In this document: positions 53,940 to 61,155 of the stretch, in pieces
Layout: each line of letters begins with the position of its first letter
How positions within the stretch are numbered: position 1 is the first letter of the stretch
NCBI GenBank assembly: GCA_030697165.1
Contig: JAUYQQ010000015.1
Coordinates: 292,645-356,644 of the forward strand
DNA: 64,000 nt
Reading direction: 5' to 3'
DNA from: Acidobacteriota bacterium
GTDB taxonomy: Bacteria > Acidobacteriota > Vicinamibacteria > Vicinamibacterales > UBA2999
The notes under the pieces: model-generated
What the model was told of the DNA's origin: nothing
Databases searched by the model: none
Seen by the model: the letters and a program-made list of their open reading frames with translations, nothing else
Position numbers and translations under genes: made by a program

Positions 53940-55000
53940 GGCTGTGCCAGCCTCCTGCTGTCCCACGCCCCAACGATCTCCCGGATCGTGACGGGAAGCG
54001 ACTTGGTCAGGTCCCACTTGGGATAGTGCGCCCGCATCTTGCGCAAGTCCGAGTAATAGCAAACGTGGTCGCCGACGCGAGGTTGCTCCAGGTAGGCGTA
54101 GACTTGCGCTTTGCCGGTGAAGCCCTCGGTGATCGCGAACGCCTCGAGAATCGAGCAGGCGTTGTCCTTGCCGCCACCGAGGTTGTAAACCTCACCCGCG
54201 CGGGGCGCCGCGACGAACTCGGCCATGAACCGGGCGACGTCGAGCGAGTGGATGTTGTCCCGCACTTGTTTGCCCTTGTACCCGAACACCGTGTACTGGC
54301 GGCCTTCGAGATTGCATTTCACCAGGTACGACAAGAAGCCGTGCAATTCCACGCCCGCGTGATTCGGCCCCGTCAGGCAACCGCCCCGCAGGCAGCATGT
54401 CGGCATTCCGAAGTAGCGCCCATACTCCTGCACCATGACATCTGCCGCCACCTTGGAAGCGCCGAACAGCGAATGCTTGGACTGATCAATGGGAAAGGTC
54501 TCTGAAATGCCGTGCTCGTAAGCCGGGTCGGCGTAGTCCCATCGGGTGTCAAGCTCCCTGAGTGGGATGTTGTTCGGCGCGTCGCCGTAGACTTTGTTCG
54601 TGGACATGTGAATAAACGGCGACTCCGGGCACGCCTGGCGCGCCGCTTCCAACAGGTTCAACGTACCGACCGCGTTGGTATCGAAATCATCGAATGGAAT
54701 CGCCGCCGCCCGGTCGTGACTCGGCTGCGCGGCGGCGTGAACGATGACGTCCGGCCGCAAGGCCTTGACGAGAGCCAACACACCAGCGCGATCGCGGATG
54801 TCGAGCTCGTGATGCACGAAGGCCGGCAACTCTTGCTGCATGCGCCGCTGGTTCCATCGGGTGTCGCCCTGCGGACCGAAGAAGACCGCCCGTTGGTTGT
54901 TGTCCACGCCGTGGACGGCATGGGTCAACTCGCGGCTGAAGTAGGCAACCACTTGCGAACCGATCAGCCCGGAGGACCCAGTCACAAGCATGGTCCTCAT
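53936..55000 (-). CDS. Extended-SDR epimerase/dehydratase, CDP-paratose-2-epimerase-like, with FxxxK in place of YxxxK
   Basis: Start at the ATG at 55000 (ATGA overlap). It has [21 protein letters not shown] and [11 protein letters not shown] (Phe at the usual catalytic Tyr position, by-eye alignment). Confidence 0.85.
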   Translation of the reverse strand: MRTMLVTGSSGLIGSQVVAYFSRELTHAVHGVDNNQRAVFFGPQGDTRWNQRRMQQELPAFVHHELDIRDRAGVLALVKALRPDVIVHAAAQPSHDRAAAIPFDDFDTNAVGTLNLLEAARQACPESPFIHMSTNKVYGDAPNNIPLRELDTRWDYADPAYEHGISETFPIDQSKHSLFGASKVAADVMVQEYGRYFGMPTCCLRGGCLTGPNHAGVELHGFLSYLVKCNLEGRQYTVFGYKGKQVRDNIHSLDVARFMAEFVAAPRAGEVYNLGGGKDNACSILEAFAITEGFTGKAQVYAYLEQPRVGDHVCYYSDLRKMRAHYPKWDLTKSLPVTIREIVGAWDSRRLAQP

Positions 55001-55947
55001 TTCGAACCCTCGGTGATCGATGGACGCCGGAAAATGGCCACGAGATGGTCCTTCGAATAGGTGAGTGCCGGCGCAGTTGGCCATCGTTCTGCCCGGTTCA
55101 GGCCAGGCACCAGCCGAAGCGCCGAGGTGGCGAGTCCGGAGGGTTCGTCGCGAAACTGGTTGTAGGCCAGACCCTGGGCCCACTGCCTCGCGCGACTCGC
55201 CAAAGGCGTCTGGTAGTGGCTGCAGAAGTGGACGGCGGCCACGCGAAGGCCAACCCTGCTGGCGAGCCAATGGATATGCGCTTCGCTCGCCATGTGGAGG
55301 TGCCCGACTGAGCGGAAGTACCAGAACTCCGCGAATCGGGCCCGCGGACGGACAGCGTCGGCGTTGCCGGTGACAATTGCCAGCCACCCCTCAGGAGCGA
55401 GCCAGCTGGCTAGCGTGCCCACCAGCTCCGCCGGGCGCGGCAGATGTTCGTACACGTCACTGAGCACGATTGCGGCAAACTCCGGATTCCCCTCCGCGCT
55501 CAATTCCGCCTCTCGCACGATGCGAATGCCGCGCGCGCGTGCGACCTTCGCCGCCACCTCGTTGACCTCGACTCCCACACACGCAAGCCGGCTGCTTACT
55601 CCGGCGAGCGTGCGACCGGTGCTGCAGCCGAAATCGAGCACGCGGCTACCATCCGGCAACTGGTCCAGCCAATGACGAAGGTACCGCTCCGTCGGAAACG
55701 CCTCCCCTGCTTCATAGATCTCGCAGGAAAGCTGCGCATAATACGCACCAAGCTCCGAAGGCGGGAGTGTCCGCGACTTGAAATAAAGGTCGCACACGCT
55801 GCAGCGTCGAACAGAATAGTCTGGCTGCACGAACCGACCCCCGGCGCCCGACTCCGTAAAAGCGAGCGCCGGGCCGCCAACCTCCACCGCACCCAGGCCG
55901 CTGCAGGCGGGACAAGGCTTGAGGGCTTCCGTGCCAGGTGACAGCAT
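54997..55947 (-). CDS. Class I SAM-dependent methyltransferase with an N-terminal 4-Cys zinc-ribbon
   Basis: Start at the ATG at 55947 ([17 protein letters not shown]...CSVCDL). SAM motif [10 protein letters not shown]. It lies 8 nt downstream of wzt. Confidence 0.7.
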   Translation of the reverse strand: MLSPGTEALKPCPACSGLGAVEVGGPALAFTESGAGGRFVQPDYSVRRCSVCDLYFKSRTLPPSELGAYYAQLSCEIYEAGEAFPTERYLRHWLDQLPDGSRVLDFGCSTGRTLAGVSSRLACVGVEVNEVAAKVARARGIRIVREAELSAEGNPEFAAIVLSDVYEHLPRPAELVGTLASWLAPEGWLAIVTGNADAVRPRARFAEFWYFRSVGHLHMASEAHIHWLASRVGLRVAAVHFCSHYQTPLASRARQWAQGLAYNQFRDEPSGLATSALRLVPGLNRAERWPTAPALTYSKDHLVAIFRRPSITEGSK

Positions 55948-55955
55948 GGCCAGCG

Positions 55956-57236
55956 CTAGTTTCCGGCCGTGACAGACACGAATTCTGGTTGCTGCAAGCA
56001 GGGCAAGGCTAGCGCTCCGTACCCAAGGTTGTGCCGGAAATCCCACGCGCGCCCGCCTGGATTCGACGAGACCACGTCGAACTCCACGGCGTCCTCGACA
56101 TAGTGGTCAAAATGGGAATTGATGATCGAGGTTGCGATGTCAATCGTGTAAGTCCCGGACGCGAGCCACACTGGAGCGAGCGCGAGAACGGTGGTGTACT
56201 GTCCGGCCCGATCGGGCAGCGTGAGGCCGTGAAAGTGGTGGAGTGAGGCCATTCCCAGTTTCTGGCGTGCCGGGCCGACGAGGAACGCCTCCAGCGACAG
56301 GGACGAACTGCCATCGGTTTCCAGCACAACCTCGACGCGAAGCGGCGTGCCGGGAACGTAATGCTCAATGCCCTCCCCCAACTCGTTCAGCAGGCGCGCG
56401 CGACAAATCGCCGTGTGCGGACCGCGGCCAAGGAACGTCCTGCTCGGACTATGCGCTCGACCCATGCCGCTGTAGAACGCGACCGCCTCGACCGACGGGC
56501 CTTCAAACACGACTCGTCCTCGATTCAACACGATCGCGCGCGAAGTGAGGCTGCCGACCGCGGCCATGTTATGGCTCACGAACAACACCGTGCGGCCGCC
56601 CTGGCTGACGTCGCGCATCTTCCCCAGGCACTTCTTCTGGAACTCGGCATCGCCAACCGCCAACACCTCATCGACCACCAGGACCTCGGGCTCGAGGTGC
56701 GCCGCGACTGCGAACGCCAGCCGCATGTACATGCCAGACGAATAGCGCTTCACCGGCGTATCGAGAAACGTCTCGACCTCGGCAAACGCCACGATCTCGT
56801 CGAACTTGCGGTTGATCTCGGCGCGGGACATTCCGAGAATGGCGCCATTCAGGAAGATGTTCTCGCGACCCGTCAATTCCGGATGAAAGCCCGTACCCAC
56901 TTCGAGCAGGCTCGCCACGCGGCCGCAGAGGGTCACGCGCCCTTCGGTCGGCTCGGTGATGCGGCTCAGGATCTTGAGCAACGTGCTCTTGCCGGCGCCA
57001 TTGCGGCCGATGATGCCGACGACCGCCCCCTGGGCCACGTCGAAAGACACGTCTTTGAGGGCCCAGAAGTCCTCAGTGCCCGGTCGCGCCGGCCCGCCAC
57101 GCCTGAACCACCGCAGCGGCGAGGTCAGTGTGGAGGCCAGTACATCACGCAAGGCCACGTAGCGCTGGCCCTGCTGCTGGTGGCGAATGCGGTATCGCTT
57201 GCCGAGATTCTCGACCCTGATGACGGATTCGCTCAT
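55956..57236 (-). CDS. wzt: Polysaccharide ABC exporter ATP-binding protein with a C-terminal carbohydrate-binding-type extension
   Basis: 426 aa. Walker A GRNGAGKST, signature YSSGM and Walker B LVVDE lie in the first ~265 aa. These are followed by ~160 aa of predicted beta-rich sequence (Wzt_C-like). Confidence 0.9.
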   Translation of the reverse strand: MSESVIRVENLGKRYRIRHQQQGQRYVALRDVLASTLTSPLRWFRRGGPARPGTEDFWALKDVSFDVAQGAVVGIIGRNGAGKSTLLKILSRITEPTEGRVTLCGRVASLLEVGTGFHPELTGRENIFLNGAILGMSRAEINRKFDEIVAFAEVETFLDTPVKRYSSGMYMRLAFAVAAHLEPEVLVVDEVLAVGDAEFQKKCLGKMRDVSQGGRTVLFVSHNMAAVGSLTSRAIVLNRGRVVFEGPSVEAVAFYSGMGRAHSPSRTFLGRGPHTAICRARLLNELGEGIEHYVPGTPLRVEVVLETDGSSSLSLEAFLVGPARQKLGMASLHHFHGLTLPDRAGQYTTVLALAPVWLASGTYTIDIATSIINSHFDHYVEDAVEFDVVSSNPGGRAWDFRHNLGYGALALPCLQQPEFVSVTAGN

Positions 57237-57246
57237 GACGTCAGCA

Positions 57247-58059
57247 TCAGATCACGTCGGCGAAGCCGCGCTCCATGCGGCGGAAATACCACACACCGAG
57301 GACCAGCACCGCTGCCGTCACGACCACCGACATCCCCACGCCACGGGGGTCGAGCGGCGATTGCGGCCCCAGAATGGACCACCGGAAACCATCGATGATC
57401 CCAACCAGCGGGTTCAGCACGTAGAGCGCTCGCCATCCCTCGGGCATGTTCGCGGTCGTGAAGGCAATCGGCGAGACAAACAGCCCGACCTGGACGATGA
57501 ACGGAACTACATAGCGGAAGTCCCGATATTCGACGTTGAGCGCCGCCATGAACAGCCCGAGGCCCAGGGCCAGGCTCGACGCCAGCAAGATGAAGAACGG
57601 CAGTGCGAGCATCGGCCAGCCCGGCGCCACGCCGTACCAGAGCATCAACACCGCCAGCAACGCGAACGTGACCAGGAAATCTGCGAACGCCGTCGCCACG
57701 GCCGCGGCCGGCACGAGGATCCGTGGAAAATACACTTTGGAAATGAGGCTGGCGTTGCCGACCAGGCTCGCGGACGACTCGGTGAGCGCCGTCGAGAAGA
57801 ACTGCCAGGGCAGCACCGCCGCGAACACGAGGACCGGTTCGGGAACGCCCGTCGCCGGCACGTCCACCAGTCGCCGAAAGGCGACGAACACCAGCATGGT
57901 GATCGCCGGACGAATAATCGCCCAGGCCACGCCGATGGCCGTCTGCTTGTAGCGAACGAGGATGTCTCGCCACGCGAGGAAGTACATCAGTTCGCGATAG
58001 CGCCACAGATCGCGCCAGTAGTGCGCGGCCGCGCGGCCGGGCTCGATGACAATTTTCAT
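57247..58059 (-). CDS. wzm: ABC-2 type polysaccharide exporter permease
   Basis: 270 aa with 6 TM helices. The N-terminus YRELMYFLAWRDILVRYKQTAIGVAWAIIRP is typical of Wzm/KpsM/TagG permeases. Confidence 0.9.
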   Translation of the reverse strand: MKIVIEPGRAAAHYWRDLWRYRELMYFLAWRDILVRYKQTAIGVAWAIIRPAITMLVFVAFRRLVDVPATGVPEPVLVFAAVLPWQFFSTALTESSASLVGNASLISKVYFPRILVPAAAVATAFADFLVTFALLAVLMLWYGVAPGWPMLALPFFILLASSLALGLGLFMAALNVEYRDFRYVVPFIVQVGLFVSPIAFTTANMPEGWRALYVLNPLVGIIDGFRWSILGPQSPLDPRGVGMSVVVTAAVLVLGVWYFRRMERGFADVI

Positions 58060-58071
58060 GGGGAGGTCAGA

Positions 58072-58089
58072 TCTGCGGAAGCCCGCAGA
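58072..58089 (-). promoter_or_regulatory. Intercistronic hairpin between OPX and wzm (7-bp stem, 4-nt loop)
   Basis: tctgcgg-aagc-ccgcaga, a perfect stem within the 40-nt gap 58060-58099. Confidence 0.4.
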
Positions 58090-58099
58090 CCGGCGGCGG

Positions 58100-58960
58100 C
58101 TAGATCAGCCGCTGACGCACACGAATGGTGTCGTTCGCGCGGACGACGTCGGACATCGACGCGGAAATCTCGACTTCCTTGCCATTGATAATGCGGATGA
58201 TCTTGATGCCGCGAGTGGAACCACGTTCGTTGATGCCGCCGGCCACCGCCAGGGCCTGGCGCACGGTCATGCCCGGCGGCAGCGGAAATGCCCCAGGGGT
58301 CCGGACGAAGCCAGTCACGTAGAACTTGTCGGCGGGCGGCACCAGGATCACGTCGCTGTCCTGCAGCAGGATGTTCGCGGTGAGACGGCCTTCCTGCAGT
58401 TCGCGGTGGCTGACCCGCATGACCTCCGTTACCCGCGGATCGCCCGCCACCGGTGGCGCGGCAAGCGAGGCGGCAATGCCGTCCTTGAACCGCTGCACGA
58501 TGATCGTGTCGCTGGCGGTGGGGGTGAGCGAACCGGCCTGGCCAATCACCTCGAGCAGCGTCATCGGCCCTTCGATCGTGTAACGGCCGGGCTGCCTGAC
58601 CTCGCCAATCACGAAGATCGAGCGGCTGCGATAGGCGCCAATCTCGACCGACACCTGCGGCTTGTTGAGCCAACCGTCGGCAAGGGCCTTGGTCAGGTCC
58701 TCTTCAATCTGCCTGGTGGTCTTTCCTTCGACGGCGACTCGGCCGAGCAACGGGAAGGTAATGGTGCCATCGCCATCGACATTGTAATCGCCGTCATACT
58801 GCTCTTCGCGAAACACCCGGATTTTCAGGACGTCCGTGGCGCCAATCAGGTAGGTGGCGCTGGCCTGCGGTGGCGACTGCGAGCCGGGCACATCAGGGCG
58901 CTGCGGCGGAGCCGCAGTCTGAAGCACGATCAGGATGGCGAGCGACAGGGTGTGAAGCAT
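58100..58960 (-). CDS. wza: Outer-membrane polysaccharide export (OPX) protein, short Wza-like (Poly_export + SLBB, no C-terminal helix)
   Basis: Poly_export block (YLIGATDVLKIRVF...GDGTITFPLLGRVAVEGKT) and an SLBB block. About 286 aa from the ATG at 58960 (ORF track start 58981). It ends right after the SLBB region. Confidence 0.85.
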   Translation of the reverse strand: MLHTLSLAILIVLQTAAPPQRPDVPGSQSPPQASATYLIGATDVLKIRVFREEQYDGDYNVDGDGTITFPLLGRVAVEGKTTRQIEEDLTKALADGWLNKPQVSVEIGAYRSRSIFVIGEVRQPGRYTIEGPMTLLEVIGQAGSLTPTASDTIIVQRFKDGIAASLAAPPVAGDPRVTEVMRVSHRELQEGRLTANILLQDSDVILVPPADKFYVTGFVRTPGAFPLPPGMTVRQALAVAGGINERGSTRGIKIIRIINGKEVEISASMSDVVRANDTIRVRQRLI

Positions 58961-58962
58961 GA

Positions 58963-60207
58963 TCAGAATGCAACCAGCCACGAGAGGTAGACGCGACGGC
59001 GCTCGTAATTCCGATCGGCGCTAACGGGTGAACGGCGGCGCGAATACTCGTAATTCAGAGCGACGCGAGTCCGGTTCCTGAGATTATAACCGAGGCCTCC
59101 CGAGACCGTGTCGACCGTGTCTTCATGCGGCGGAACGGTTTCGCTGGCGTCGTAGTTAAAAAGGGATCGGGCGGCTCTGGCCTGGACGTCCACCATGCCA
59201 ACAATCCGGTGGGTGTAGGCAAGGCTGACCGAGTTCTCGATGAAGTACGCCTCAGCCGTGTCGAACGAATACTCGAGGTTGCGGCTCAGCCCGAGAGCGA
59301 ACCGGCCGACTTCCAGGAAGGAATAGCCCAAGGCCGCCGTACCCAATATGCCCTTGTACGCGCGCACCGCCGGATCGACCGGCGTCATCGCTCGATAGGT
59401 GAGCGACGCTGAGCCGTTAATGACCCCATCGGGTGAAAACCCCAGCTGGGCTGTCGTGTAGTAGCTTTCCGAGTTGCGCTCGGGCACGGAGGTGAACCGG
59501 TCTTCGTGATAGCCGCCAAACACCGTCAACGACAGCAGCGGCGTGATGTCGGTGCGCAGGCCGGCTGAGTAATCGTAGCCGTCGCGCGTCATGGTTTCAG
59601 CGACGTTGACGCCGTCCTCGAACGCATCCTCGAAGGCGTTGCTGGTGCGCGCGGTGGCGGCATAGACGAGCGAGTGCGCCGACAACTCGAAGGCGATGCC
59701 ACCGGAGAGCTCATCGCTCACGCGGTTGGCGCGGACGTCGATTTCCGCGTTGGCCCGCTCGCGGGTCTTGGTTTCACCGCCCGCCACGAACGGCCGAAGC
59801 CGACCAAGCAGCAGGTCAACCCGGCCCCGCAACTGATGCCCGACCGAGTCTTCACTGGTGTAGGTCTGGAAGTAGCTGAGCTCGGCACCGGCGTAGGCCG
59901 ACGCTTTGACGAAGCGCAGGCGGCTGAACACCGAAAGGTCGGGCTGCATCGCGATGAGGTAATCCTCTTTCGGCGACTCCGGTTCGTTGAACACGTTCGA
60001 GTCCCACCCGATTTCACGGATGGTCAGACCTGGAGCCAGCTTGACCGGGCCGAGCGACAACACGCCGGCGGTCGGCTCCGTCTCGGCCAGCGTGCCGGTC
60101 AAGGGTCCTGATCCGACGTTGGCTTGCGCGCCGGCTTCGGCCGCAGTCAAGCTCATGATCAGACAGACGATCAGGACGGGGATTCGGACGGGTAGAACAA
60201 CATTCAT
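58963..60207 (-). CDS. Outer-membrane beta-barrel protein (putative polysaccharide porin)
   Basis: 414 aa with a signal peptide (LIMSLTAAEAGAQ), alternating amphipathic beta-strand pattern rich in Y/G/S/T, and a C-terminal aromatic signal ...YLSWLVAF. Confidence 0.6.
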   Translation of the reverse strand: MNVVLPVRIPVLIVCLIMSLTAAEAGAQANVGSGPLTGTLAETEPTAGVLSLGPVKLAPGLTIREIGWDSNVFNEPESPKEDYLIAMQPDLSVFSRLRFVKASAYAGAELSYFQTYTSEDSVGHQLRGRVDLLLGRLRPFVAGGETKTRERANAEIDVRANRVSDELSGGIAFELSAHSLVYAATARTSNAFEDAFEDGVNVAETMTRDGYDYSAGLRTDITPLLSLTVFGGYHEDRFTSVPERNSESYYTTAQLGFSPDGVINGSASLTYRAMTPVDPAVRAYKGILGTAALGYSFLEVGRFALGLSRNLEYSFDTAEAYFIENSVSLAYTHRIVGMVDVQARAARSLFNYDASETVPPHEDTVDTVSGGLGYNLRNRTRVALNYEYSRRRSPVSADRNYERRRVYLSWLVAF

Positions 60208-60866
60208 TCAAACTCTCCCGGGTTGCGCACAGGCGCCTCGGCGTTCACGCGATCAAACCGGCCGTCGCCATCCGGATCCGCCTCCACCTGCAGGAAGCGG
60301 CCTTGTTCGTCATACCTGACCCGTCGATCGGGATTGCGTCCGGAGAACGTCGTGTCGAACGCCGCCTCCCTCAGGACCGGGCCTTCGTAGCGATCCCAGC
60401 GGTCGATGAATCCGTCGGCGTTGGTGTCTTCTTCGACCCGGACCAGCGCCGTGCCGCGATAGTACTCGTACCGATCACGCTGGCGGTCGCGGCGGCGCGA
60501 GCGCGCGAGTTGCACTTCGCCACTGGCATTTGGCGCCACCTCCAGCCAGGTGTCCTCGATGCCATCGTCCAGGCTTGACGTGCCGACGACGACGAGCGCC
60601 GCCTCGGCATTGAAGTACTCCCACCGGTCGATGCGGCCGTCGGCGTTCGCGTCGGCCTCGCCTCGTAGCGGCCGGTTGCCGTCGAGATAGGTCCACTGAT
60701 CGGCGCGGCCATCACCATTTTGGTCGGCACTCAGTTGGACGAGCCGGCCGGTGAAATCGTCGTGGCTCGGCTGGGCCCGCTTCGTGGTGGGCGCCGGCAC
60801 ACAAGCCGCGGACACGGCGGCAAGGGCCGCGATCAGGCCAAGAGTTAGTAACTGTGAATAGCCCAA
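60204..60866 (-). CDS. Lipoprotein with repeated D-x-[DN]-x-D-G-x-x-D-x-W calcium-binding-like motifs
   Basis: 220 aa, TTG start, lipobox (LAAVSAC). Motifs DQNGDGRADQW, DANADGRIDRW, DTNADGFIDRW and DPDGDGRFDRV. It is the first gene of the minus arm. Confidence 0.55.
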   Translation of the reverse strand: MGYSQLLTLGLIAALAAVSAACVPAPTTKRAQPSHDDFTGRLVQLSADQNGDGRADQWTYLDGNRPLRGEADANADGRIDRWEYFNAEAALVVVGTSSLDDGIEDTWLEVAPNASGEVQLARSRRRDRQRDRYEYYRGTALVRVEEDTNADGFIDRWDRYEGPVLREAAFDTTFSGRNPDRRVRYDEQGRFLQVEADPDGDGRFDRVNAEAPVRNPGEFE

Positions 60867-60877
60867 GCTTCGCCCTG

Positions 60878-60904
60878 TCGATTACATAACAAAAACGTAA
60901 TCGA
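60878..60904. promoter_or_regulatory. 8-bp perfect inverted repeat TCGATTAC-N11-GTAATCGA just upstream of the first gene of the 36-gene arm (operator or leader hairpin candidate)
   Basis: Read directly. It lies 12 nt from the TTG start at 60866, in the AT-richer 60867-61155 gap. A second IR, CAATATG-N11-CATATTG, is at 60923-60947. Confidence 0.3.
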
Positions 60905-61155
60905 GCCCGATGTTGAAGGACTCAATATGACTCTATAGGCCATATTGCCCCAGTTCCGGCGTATTAACAAGCTCGCGGGTAGAAAAGGAGAGGCCGAAAA
61001 CTGCCGAACTCCTAGCCTACCAGCGTCTTATCGGTCTGATTGGGTTCTCTGCTTAATCGTGCAAATACAGGAAGGCTCACCTGTTCGTCGATCCGCGCGG
61101 TTGCCGTGTGGCGTCGCTTGGACGGCGAATCGTGCTCTCAACGTAATATGTCGAG

